DNA from: Paludibacteraceae bacterium
Lineage (GTDB): Bacteria > Bacteroidota > Bacteroidia > Bacteroidales > Paludibacteraceae
NCBI GenBank assembly: GCA_016938015.1
Contig: JAFGVL010000072.1
Coordinates: forward strand, 1,904 to 65,903
Direction: 5' to 3'
Length of the DNA: 64,000 bases
Made by a program: the position numbers and the translations under genes. The notes beneath the pieces are model-generated. The model did not search any database and was not told the origin of the DNA. It saw only the letters and a program-made list of their open reading frames with translations. Numbering within the stretch: position 1 is the stretch's first letter; each line of letters begins with the position of its first letter. Positions 37,669 through 44,818 of this stretch are shown here, in pieces.

Positions 37669-37708
37669 TATAACAAAGATATGTAATACATGTTACAATT
37701 ATGTTTAA
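37669..37708 (-). promoter_or_regulatory. Pho-box-like heptad array plus -7 element upstream of the response regulator
   Basis: In gene orientation: TTAAACA-taat-TGTAACA-tgta-TTACATA-tctt-TGTTATA. TATCTTTG (37681 to 37674) is an exact TAnnTTTG. The proximal 29 bp nearly match the pstS and porin boxes. Confidence 0.6.
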
Positions 37709-37711
37709 ATT

Positions 37712-37747
37712 TAAAAAAAGAAAAACTTTTCATTGAGAAGAGTTTTT
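37712..37747 (-). terminator. Rho-independent terminator after the lpxH-like gene
   Basis: 11-bp stem with one G-U pair (37721-37731 / 37737-37747). The minus strand then reads CTTTTTTTAA. Confidence 0.7.
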
Positions 37748-38538
37748 TATTTGGGGATATTAACTTTTTTAGTATCGTTTTTATGTTGGTTTAATTCAAC
37801 AAATCCTTCGTATTTAAGTATTTCCCATTCACCATTAAAGTCTTCTGCCAATGCTGTGAGAGATTCTACCCAGTCGCCCGAGTTGAGGTAATGAACTTTT
37901 CCAATGTATTTATTTTCGGCTTGGTGTATATGTCCACAAATTATTCCATCCAGATTTCTGTGATTAGCAAAACTTGTAATTAAATCTTCGAATCCGGAGA
38001 TATACGAAACAGCTTGTTTTACCTTTTTTTTAATTCGTTGAGATATTGAGTCGTAGGGGAGTCCTCGTTTTAATCTATAAATATTATGCTTTTTATTGTA
38101 CCATAACAGAAGATTATAACCAATATCTCCGAGCATAGCAAGCCATTTTATTTTAGAGGTAATATTGTCAAAAACATCTCCATGAAGTACAAAATATTTT
38201 TTTCCATGAGAGTAGTGAGTATAATGTTTTAGAACTCTAAAATTCATAATTCGTAAGGGTAAAATCTGATCTAAAAAATCGTCGTGGTTTCCTCGTATAT
38301 AAATTACTTTTGTAGCATTCTTTTCCATCATTTTCATAATTATTTTAAAAAAATCGGTATAGCGTTTACGCCAATGTCCACCGGTTTTTTGTAATTGCCA
38401 ACCATCAATAATATCTCCATTAAGGATTAATTTATCGCAACTAATAGTTTTTAGGAATTGAATGAGTTCATTTGTTTTAGCGTGCTTATTTCCTAAATGG
38501 ATGTCCGATAAAACAATTGTTGCATATTTATTTTTCAT
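37747..38538 (-). CDS. UDP-2,3-diacylglucosamine diphosphatase-like metallophosphoesterase (LpxH/YbbF family)
   Basis: LSDIHLG, LILNGDIIDGW, IRGNHDDF, VLHGDVFD and ICGHIH are the calcineurin-like motifs in the LpxH arrangement. Confidence 0.75.
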   Translation of the reverse strand: MKNKYATIVLSDIHLGNKHAKTNELIQFLKTISCDKLILNGDIIDGWQLQKTGGHWRKRYTDFFKIIMKMMEKNATKVIYIRGNHDDFLDQILPLRIMNFRVLKHYTHYSHGKKYFVLHGDVFDNITSKIKWLAMLGDIGYNLLLWYNKKHNIYRLKRGLPYDSISQRIKKKVKQAVSYISGFEDLITSFANHRNLDGIICGHIHQAENKYIGKVHYLNSGDWVESLTALAEDFNGEWEILKYEGFVELNQHKNDTKKVNIPK

Positions 38539-38633
38539 CAGAATATAATTTAAATTAAAGCTAGATGTAATTCATGTGATTAAGTTTTATTCATTCATGT
38601 TTATTTCAATTAACAGGGAGATGGATAGTATTA

Positions 38634-38662
38634 ATAAAAAAGGGGACTTAAATTAAGCCCCC
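38634..38662 (-). terminator. Terminator after 38693..39040
   Basis: Stem GGGGACTT / AAGCCCCC with one mismatch. TTTTTT follows on the minus strand. Confidence 0.6.
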
Positions 38663-38692
38663 TACAAATCAGTATAAATAACATATATTTTA

Positions 38693-39040
38693 TTAACGCT
38701 TAGATAACAAAACATTTAAAGCATTAGATTCTTGTGTGTTTAATTCTAAAGTCTTTGGCTCGTATGAAATTTGACTAATAACGATGGTGCATTTATCGCC
38801 ACAAAGGTTTGAAATAGTAAATTTTCCGTCAAAATCGGTATATACTTTCTGTCCGTTAGCACTAATAGCAACTCCGGCTAATACTTCGTGTGTGTTTTTG
38901 TCAATTACTTGTCCATGAACAGATTTAGATGCTACATTTGTGTTAGATATTTCGTTACTATTTTCCGTAGCATTTTCGGCAGCAAAACTTGCTATGTTTA
39001 AAGCAAGAACGAATAAAAAAGAAAGCATTAATTTTTTCAT
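38693..39040 (-). CDS. Small secreted carboxypeptidase-regulatory-like (CarboxypepD_reg) domain protein
   Basis: I chose the start at internal M21 (MKKLMLSFLFVLALNIASFA, a signal peptide). VHGQVIDKNTHEVLAGVAIS...GKFTISNL is the CarboxypepD_reg fold signature. Confidence 0.6.
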   Translation of the reverse strand: MKKLMLSFLFVLALNIASFAAENATENSNEISNTNVASKSVHGQVIDKNTHEVLAGVAISANGQKVYTDFDGKFTISNLCGDKCTIVISQISYEPKTLELNTQESNALNVLLSKR

Positions 39041-39127
39041 ATCGAATTTTTTTATGTGTATTAAATTTCTTGCTACAAAATTACGCTTCGAATATTTCAA
39101 ATTTGTTACAACAACTGTACGAATAAA

Positions 39128-39613
39128 TTAAAAATCGGTGTCATAATTTTTTTCGGCTATTAATTTACCTTTCTCATCCCATATGTACCATGTACCTGAT
39201 TTATTTCCTTTATTATAGTACATTTCATATCGTATAATTCCGTTATCGTCCCATACAAGCCATTTACCGTGTTTTTTATTTTCGTTGTACTCTGCTTCGG
39301 CAATTAATAAGCCCGATTCATTATACGTTCTCCATATTCCATGACACAAACCATCTTTGTATGCTCGTACTTCATTTGGTTTTCCACTTTCAAAATAAAC
39401 TACATATGAACCTTCCGGTTTACCGTTTTTTAAGCTCATTTCGAGTTTTAACTTGCCGTTATCAAAATATTCACGATAACTACCGGAGTATAGTTTTGTT
39501 TGTGTATTATCAGTAAAATAGACACCATCTGTTTCAATAATATCGACTGATCTTTTTTGAGCTGATAACGATACCGAAAGTACTGTTAATAGAAGTATAA
39601 CTATTTTTTTCAT
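39128..39613 (-). CDS. Secreted MORN-variant repeat protein (family often auto-annotated as YwqK antitoxin)
   Basis: Signal peptide, then repeated G-x-Y-x-x-Y-x-x-N-G-x-L units (YFDNGKLKLEMSLKNGKPEGSYVVYFESGK, YNENKKHGKWLVWDDNG). Confidence 0.7.
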   Translation of the reverse strand: MKKIVILLLTVLSVSLSAQKRSVDIIETDGVYFTDNTQTKLYSGSYREYFDNGKLKLEMSLKNGKPEGSYVVYFESGKPNEVRAYKDGLCHGIWRTYNESGLLIAEAEYNENKKHGKWLVWDDNGIIRYEMYYNKGNKSGTWYIWDEKGKLIAEKNYDTDF

Positions 39614-39674
39614 TGTTGTTTGTTTAGTAAGAACAATAACCTGAAGTGCTTTACAAGCTATATTTTTTTGAGTT

Positions 39675-39714
39675 TAAAAATGGAGGCATTTCAAAACACT
39701 ATTGAAACGCCTCC
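39675..39714 (-). terminator. Terminator after the beta-helix lipoprotein gene
   Basis: 13-bp stem GGAGGCATTTCAA / TTGAAACGCCTCC with one mismatch (39682-39694 / 39702-39714). ATTTTT follows on the minus strand. Confidence 0.7.
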
Positions 39715-39746
39715 TGAAATTTTTATAAGATATTAATCAATCAGTA

Positions 39747-40955
39747 TTAAAAACCGGTATAACTTGTCCATGAAAATTCAGTTGTAGAACAACCTGAATT
39801 ACCTGCAGCAACAGAAATTGTAGCAGCATTTACGCCTGCTTTAGCAGCAGAACCTAAAATTGTATTTGATAATGAGTTGGTTACTGCTATTGAAGTTCCT
39901 GCAGCAGCATCTCCTTTGCTGTCAGTGCAATCAACTAAATCTTTAACAGCTCCGGAGCCTTTAACTAAAGCATTTGAAATAGTGGCTTTACAACCACGAC
40001 GTACTTTAATGGCATCGTGCATTAATGTTCCTAAAGTTTCAGCATTAATACCGTCATTAGCTAATTTAGCGTCGATGGTCATATTAGTAATTGTAAAGTC
40101 TGATTGGTTAATGTCGTTAGGAGTGTTTCCATCCAAATTTCCATCTGCTTCAACACCACGAGGGTCGCCTTCGGTGCTTACGTAACCGCTTTCCCATATT
40201 CCGTAACAGTTTGTTATTGTGCCTTTATAACCTTGAGTGGCATCAAACATATCATCGTCTGAGTTTACAACTAATAAGTTATTTACATTCACATTACCTC
40301 CAAAAAATTCGATACCGTCGTCGGCACTTTCAAGAATATATAAATTGCTAATAGTTGTACCTGCTCCAACAGCATCTAGAGTAATACCGTTATGTTCAAC
40401 AGAAGCACTTGAACGTGCACCGGCATATTTAATCATTAAATAGGTAATGCTACCGGAATTGTCATTAGGATTTGTTCCTCCGTAAGGGAAGCTTGCATCT
40501 AGTTCGCAAGTTCCGGTTGCACCTGCAGCGGCACCGGCTATAGGAGCTCTACCATTGATAACAATTCCTCCCCAAAATCCTGATGAAGGATTATTTGAAT
40601 TAGCTGTCATAACAACCGGAGCAGCTGCGGTACCGTTTACATTAAGTTTACCTCCTTGAGCAACCATGATGTAACTTCCAAAACCTTCAGATGCTTTAAT
40701 TGTAGTACCTGCAGGGATGTTTAAAACGCCTCCTTCTTTAATAACTAAAGTGCCGTTTAATTGATAAGTAACACTGGCATCGAGTGTTGCTTCGCCCGAT
40801 AATTCGCCGGATAAGAAACCTTGTTCAATAAGTGCGTAAATACCTGTAGCTGCAGGATCTTCAACAACAGGTTCATCTTCTTTGTCTTTACATGAAGTAA
40901 ATAATGCAGCAAAAATAATTGCTAATAGTGCAATTGATAAAATTGATTTTTTCAT
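39747..40955 (-). CDS. Surface lipoprotein with predicted right-handed beta-helix, uncharacterised; partner of the upstream TonB-dependent receptor
   Basis: Lipobox LFTSC. It has Gly/Asn/Thr-rich repeated strands (GGVLNIPAGTTIKA, GGKLNVNGTAAAPVVMT, DDGIEFFGGNVNVNNLLVVNSDDDMFD). It lies 62 nt downstream of the TBDR. Confidence 0.6.
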   Translation of the reverse strand: MKKSILSIALLAIIFAALFTSCKDKEDEPVVEDPAATGIYALIEQGFLSGELSGEATLDASVTYQLNGTLVIKEGGVLNIPAGTTIKASEGFGSYIMVAQGGKLNVNGTAAAPVVMTANSNNPSSGFWGGIVINGRAPIAGAAAGATGTCELDASFPYGGTNPNDNSGSITYLMIKYAGARSSASVEHNGITLDAVGAGTTISNLYILESADDGIEFFGGNVNVNNLLVVNSDDDMFDATQGYKGTITNCYGIWESGYVSTEGDPRGVEADGNLDGNTPNDINQSDFTITNMTIDAKLANDGINAETLGTLMHDAIKVRRGCKATISNALVKGSGAVKDLVDCTDSKGDAAAGTSIAVTNSLSNTILGSAAKAGVNAATISVAAGNSGCSTTEFSWTSYTGF

Positions 40956-41017
40956 TTTTTTTTAAATTTAGTTAGTAATTAATACATTAGTTTTAGTTTA
41001 TATTAAAAAATACGTTA

Positions 41018-43807
41018 TTAAAATTTATAGGAAAGACCTAGACTAAAATCAACCCCTTTATAATAGCTGTTAAGGGTTTGTTCTTTACCGGTAGCATCTT
41101 TTCTGGTGTATAAATATTCCGGATCGATTAAGTTTTTTGCTTTAAATTTTATGCTGAAATGCTTACTTAAATTAGAAATAGAAACAAAATTTAGAGTAGG
41201 TATTCCTTTTTCTATAACATCTTGGAAACCAAGTAGCCCAATGGAATAAATTCTGTCGCTAAAATAGTTAAGTACAAGTGAGTTGATAAAAGATGTATTT
41301 TTTTTGGAATAGTTATAAGATACATCGAGATTTAGCAACCAAGGGGCAGCTCCCTCCAATTGTGTTTTTATTGCTTCATTTTTGCTCGGGTCAAAAACTT
41401 CTATGGTTGAATAGATATAAGAAGCGTTTAAACCAATACTTAATTTGTTTTCTTTTTGTAAACTGCTATTTGTAAGATTAAAAATATTTTTTCGAGCTTC
41501 TAATTCAATTCCGCCTACCATGGCCATATCGCTGATGTTTTCATAAGAAAAGAATCCTGCTGCGCTTCCGGTGTAAGTGCGAGCAATAGGGTTTTGAATG
41601 TATTTATAAAAGGTAGTTACAGAAATGAGTTCGGATATGCTAATATAATAATCCCATTTTAAATCGACATTATAATTATCTGAAGGAACCAAATTAGGGT
41701 TACCTTGACTATTGAAGCTTAATCCGATGTACTGATAGGGCGATATTTCTTTTGATTGTGGGAGGGTATATGTTTTACTTAACCCAAGACGTAAGGCATG
41801 TTTTTCGGTTAAGTTATATTTTAAATTAAAACTAGGTAATATATAACTACTGTCTAATGTAGTTGCTCCTTTTTTTTGTCCGTTTTTGATGTCGTAATTT
41901 ACATCCATAGCAATTATATCAACATTTAATCCTAAATTGACAGTTATTGATGGGTTAAACTGATAGTCCATAGCCAAAAAACCCGAGTTTATGCTTTTAT
42001 TAACGGTATATTTGCTTTCTCTTTTTCCGGCAATATTAAATAGTTTATTTTCATAATTGTGTTGATTATACCAACTGTCTAACAATAAATTTGATAAAGG
42101 TTGATAATCGAAGAAATAAGAATTATAACAATACTCAACCGCATTAAAATCGTCTATAACATAGCGACCATTATATCCTATTCGAACAGAAGAAATATCT
42201 TCCTTAAACTTATTAGGCAGATGGTATGACAGTTTTATTTTTGCATTATAATCGTCTTCAACCAGTTTGGACGTATTTCTAATATGAGCATCTTCGTTTC
42301 TTAAAGGTTTGTATAAATCGGCACTGTTTTTATTTAATTTATTAATTCGTCTGTCGGGTTCGGTTCCTATTACTTGGTTATAAGCTACTCCTGCATTTAA
42401 ATCTGTGTTTTTTGACAACTCCCATTTTGTAAATAATTGATTGGTCAATAATAAATTATCATTTGTTTGTTGTCTTAACATAAATCCATCGTACGAGTCG
42501 GATACTTCATAATCGCCACCATAACCCACATATTTACCTACGTATTGCGAATTATCATGAAGCATTAAAAAATTGTAGTTAATTTGAAAAGTTTGAGTTA
42601 GGTAATTGATATTTCCGAACACTAATTGGTTAATGTTTTCAGACGATTTACTCCCTTCCAGTTCTGATGAAATAACGCCACCTGCATTTGCGTTAAGAAT
42701 TTTTTCGTTAGTATAAGAAGCGCTTGAACCGTAAGAAGCAACTAAAAAGAGCGAAAGAGGATTAGATTTCTTGCCTATTTTTATTTTTTTTCCTCCCGAA
42801 AGGCTATAACTATAATTTAAAGGGGAAGTTATTTTTTTAGGATCAAGACTATTTGCGAAATCGTATGTGGTTTTATAGTTGTTTTCAGGGTGTGTGTTGG
42901 TAGCAATTCCCCAATAATTAACGCCATCCATTTTATATAAATCGGTATTCATGGTATTAGTTGTTGAACCACACGAAATATCAACATTTAATTCTTTATC
43001 GTTGAATAATTCTTTAGAAGAAATATCTATTACAGCTCCACCAACGTCGGAATAGTTATCACTTGTAAATACTTTGTTTAAGCCGATATTCTGAATGATG
43101 TCTGAACCAAAAAAATCGAGGGAGATATTTTTGTATTCAGGGTCTTCGGAAGGTATTGGAAATCCGTTAAGCGTTGTATAATTGTACCTGTCGCCTAAGC
43201 CTCGCACAAAAACATTTTTTACTCCTTCTTGTTTCGAAATACCGGAAACTTGAACTACAGCATCTTCGGCATCGCTTATTCCTTTTCGTGACATTTCTTT
43301 GGCACCAACAGCTTGTTTTGCAACAACAGATGCTTTTTGCTCCATTAATAAAATAGTTTCACTTTCGAGGTTTCTTTTGGCAACTACAACTACGTTATCC
43401 AAAGCAAAACCAATTTCTTTCATCGAAATATCTACTAATGTTGTTTCTCCCGCTTTAACAACTATATTTGGGATTGTTTTTTTTTCGTACGACATACTTT
43501 GAACTATAAGAGTATAAGTTCCGGGAGTTATAGTTAAAAAATAGTCTCCATCAATACTTGTTATTGCTCCTTTTGAAGTTCCTTGTACTAGTATTGAAGC
43601 TCCAATTAGTGTTTCTTTTGTATTTTCATCTGTAATTATTCCTTTAATTTTACCTTCTTGGGAAAAAATTAAAACATTGAACGACATAAGAAAAACTAGT
43701 ATAAATAATTGTCTTGAAAACTTTTTGTTTGTTTCTTTTTTTCTAAATTGTTGCATTATCATCTGTTTGTTTTTTGACAATGCAAACATATAAGCATGCT
43801 GTTTCAT
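41018..43807 (-). CDS. TonB-dependent receptor with N-terminal carboxypeptidase-regulatory-like domain
   Basis: KIKGIITDENTKETLIGASILVQGTSKG (CarboxypepD_reg), then a plug domain and a long beta-barrel ending in the typical aromatic C-terminus GLSYKF. The true start may be an internal Met (MIMQQ...) ahead of the signal peptide LFILVFLMSFNVLIFSQ. Confidence 0.88.
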   Translation of the reverse strand: MKQHAYMFALSKNKQMIMQQFRKKETNKKFSRQLFILVFLMSFNVLIFSQEGKIKGIITDENTKETLIGASILVQGTSKGAITSIDGDYFLTITPGTYTLIVQSMSYEKKTIPNIVVKAGETTLVDISMKEIGFALDNVVVVAKRNLESETILLMEQKASVVAKQAVGAKEMSRKGISDAEDAVVQVSGISKQEGVKNVFVRGLGDRYNYTTLNGFPIPSEDPEYKNISLDFFGSDIIQNIGLNKVFTSDNYSDVGGAVIDISSKELFNDKELNVDISCGSTTNTMNTDLYKMDGVNYWGIATNTHPENNYKTTYDFANSLDPKKITSPLNYSYSLSGGKKIKIGKKSNPLSLFLVASYGSSASYTNEKILNANAGGVISSELEGSKSSENINQLVFGNINYLTQTFQINYNFLMLHDNSQYVGKYVGYGGDYEVSDSYDGFMLRQQTNDNLLLTNQLFTKWELSKNTDLNAGVAYNQVIGTEPDRRINKLNKNSADLYKPLRNEDAHIRNTSKLVEDDYNAKIKLSYHLPNKFKEDISSVRIGYNGRYVIDDFNAVEYCYNSYFFDYQPLSNLLLDSWYNQHNYENKLFNIAGKRESKYTVNKSINSGFLAMDYQFNPSITVNLGLNVDIIAMDVNYDIKNGQKKGATTLDSSYILPSFNLKYNLTEKHALRLGLSKTYTLPQSKEISPYQYIGLSFNSQGNPNLVPSDNYNVDLKWDYYISISELISVTTFYKYIQNPIARTYTGSAAGFFSYENISDMAMVGGIELEARKNIFNLTNSSLQKENKLSIGLNASYIYSTIEVFDPSKNEAIKTQLEGAAPWLLNLDVSYNYSKKNTSFINSLVLNYFSDRIYSIGLLGFQDVIEKGIPTLNFVSISNLSKHFSIKFKAKNLIDPEYLYTRKDATGKEQTLNSYYKGVDFSLGLSYKF

Positions 43808-43814
43808 GAATAAT

Positions 43815-43857
43815 ATATATGTGTTACAATAAATCGTAATTATTGTTACACATATAT
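43815..43857. promoter_or_regulatory. 17-bp inverted repeat upstream of the TBDR gene (candidate operator or 5' hairpin)
   Basis: ATATATGTGTTACAATA (43815-43831), a 9-nt spacer, then TATTGTTACACATATAT (43841-43857). There is one central mismatch. The site also reads as a direct repeat of TGTTACA. Confidence 0.45.
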
Positions 43858-43899
43858 TACAAGTATTTCAAAACTATTACTTCTAGTATTTCTTACTAT

Positions 43900-44113
43900 A
43901 AGGTGAGTTCGACGAAGATGTAATTAAGCAATCAGCCTGGAGTCAATTATCTATAGGTTGATTGATGTTTTTTTTTTGGAAAGAAAGAGTAAACAATTAA
44001 TTCCGACAACAAGCTTGCTAAGAAATTATTAAAGTTTCGGTGTTTAGTGTGTTTAACTTGGCACCTATTTTTGAGTTCATCATTCACAGTTTATCATCGA
44101 ACTCACGTTAAAT
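43900..44113. mobile_element. MITE-like non-coding element (~214 bp) with imperfect terminal inverted repeats
   Basis: The left end is TAAGGTGAGTTCGACGA (43899-43915). The reverse complement of the right end is TTAACGTGAGTTCGATGA (44111-44094). The shared core is TAA-N-GTGAGTTCGA-N-GA. The interior has no ORF and contains a T11 run. Confidence 0.4.
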
Positions 44114-44153
44114 TAATAACTCTTGTTAGTAGCTAACTATTTGTGTTATGAGA

Positions 44154-44348
44154 TTATGAAATATAATTTTCATACAATCTTTCTTTTGAGCGAAAATAGT
44201 AATGAATGGCTGATTTATGAACACCAGCTAAATCAGCAACTTGTTGAAGTGTAGCTCCGTGATAACCATAAAACAGAAATACACTTTTTGCAGCATGTAT
44301 TATCTTATTCTCTGTTGTTAGAAGTTTGTCTGAAATAGTTATGATTTG
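44154..44348 (-). pseudogene. TetR-family regulator fragment (N-terminal HTH only)
   Basis: The minus frame reads QIITISDKLLTTENKIIHAAKSVFLFYGYHGATLQQVADLAGVHKSAIHYYFRSKERLYENYIS*. This is a canonical TetR HTH, but there is no ATG/GTG/TTG start and it ends after ~62 codons, ~45 nt from the 18-nt repeat. Confidence 0.7.
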
Positions 44349-44368
44349 TTAGTTTATTCCTAGCTTTT

Positions 44369-44818
44369 TCACATATAAACAATTGTAAGCTTTAAGGTTT
44401 TGTCTGCATTTAAATCAAATGATGTTTTTGAAAATGAAGGCCTGTTTGAAAAACCAATTGTTTTAAAGTTTGAGAAACCTAATCCTTCTTTTGGTAGTAT
44501 AAATCCTTTATCAATTTTACCGTTACTATTCTCATCGTGGAAAATATTTACAGCATACCTACCTAGGGGAATATCACTGAAAGTTATCACAGAAGCACCA
44601 TTTGTAATTTTCGCTTTCATTAACTTGTAGCATTTCTTATAATTCTCATCAGGAATGGATCCATTCTTATTGTATAAAGCAAATTGCACAATTCCTTTTG
44701 AGTTTCTTAGATTGTCAACATGAATTGTTAATGAGAATTTCTTATCGCCTTGATTGCTATAAGATGTAAAAGGTAGCATAAAGAGAAAAGAACAAATAAC
44801 TAGTATTCTATTTCTCAT
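44369..44818 (-). CDS. DUF2141-like secreted protein
   Basis: Signal peptide, then NSKGIVQFALYNK... and HDENSNGKIDKGFILPKEGLGFSN, the block I recall as the DUF2141 signature. The start overlaps the RND stop (ATGA). Confidence 0.65.
   Translation of the reverse strand: MRNRILVICSFLFMLPFTSYSNQGDKKFSLTIHVDNLRNSKGIVQFALYNKNGSIPDENYKKCYKLMKAKITNGASVITFSDIPLGRYAVNIFHDENSNGKIDKGFILPKEGLGFSNFKTIGFSNRPSFSKTSFDLNADKTLKLTIVYM

Noticed and set aside
39128-39613. Toxin-antitoxin interpretation of the YwqK-family (MORN-variant) protein
   Set aside because: It has a signal peptide, no adjacent toxin gene and is built only of MORN-like repeats. The antitoxin label is an annotation artefact of the family name.
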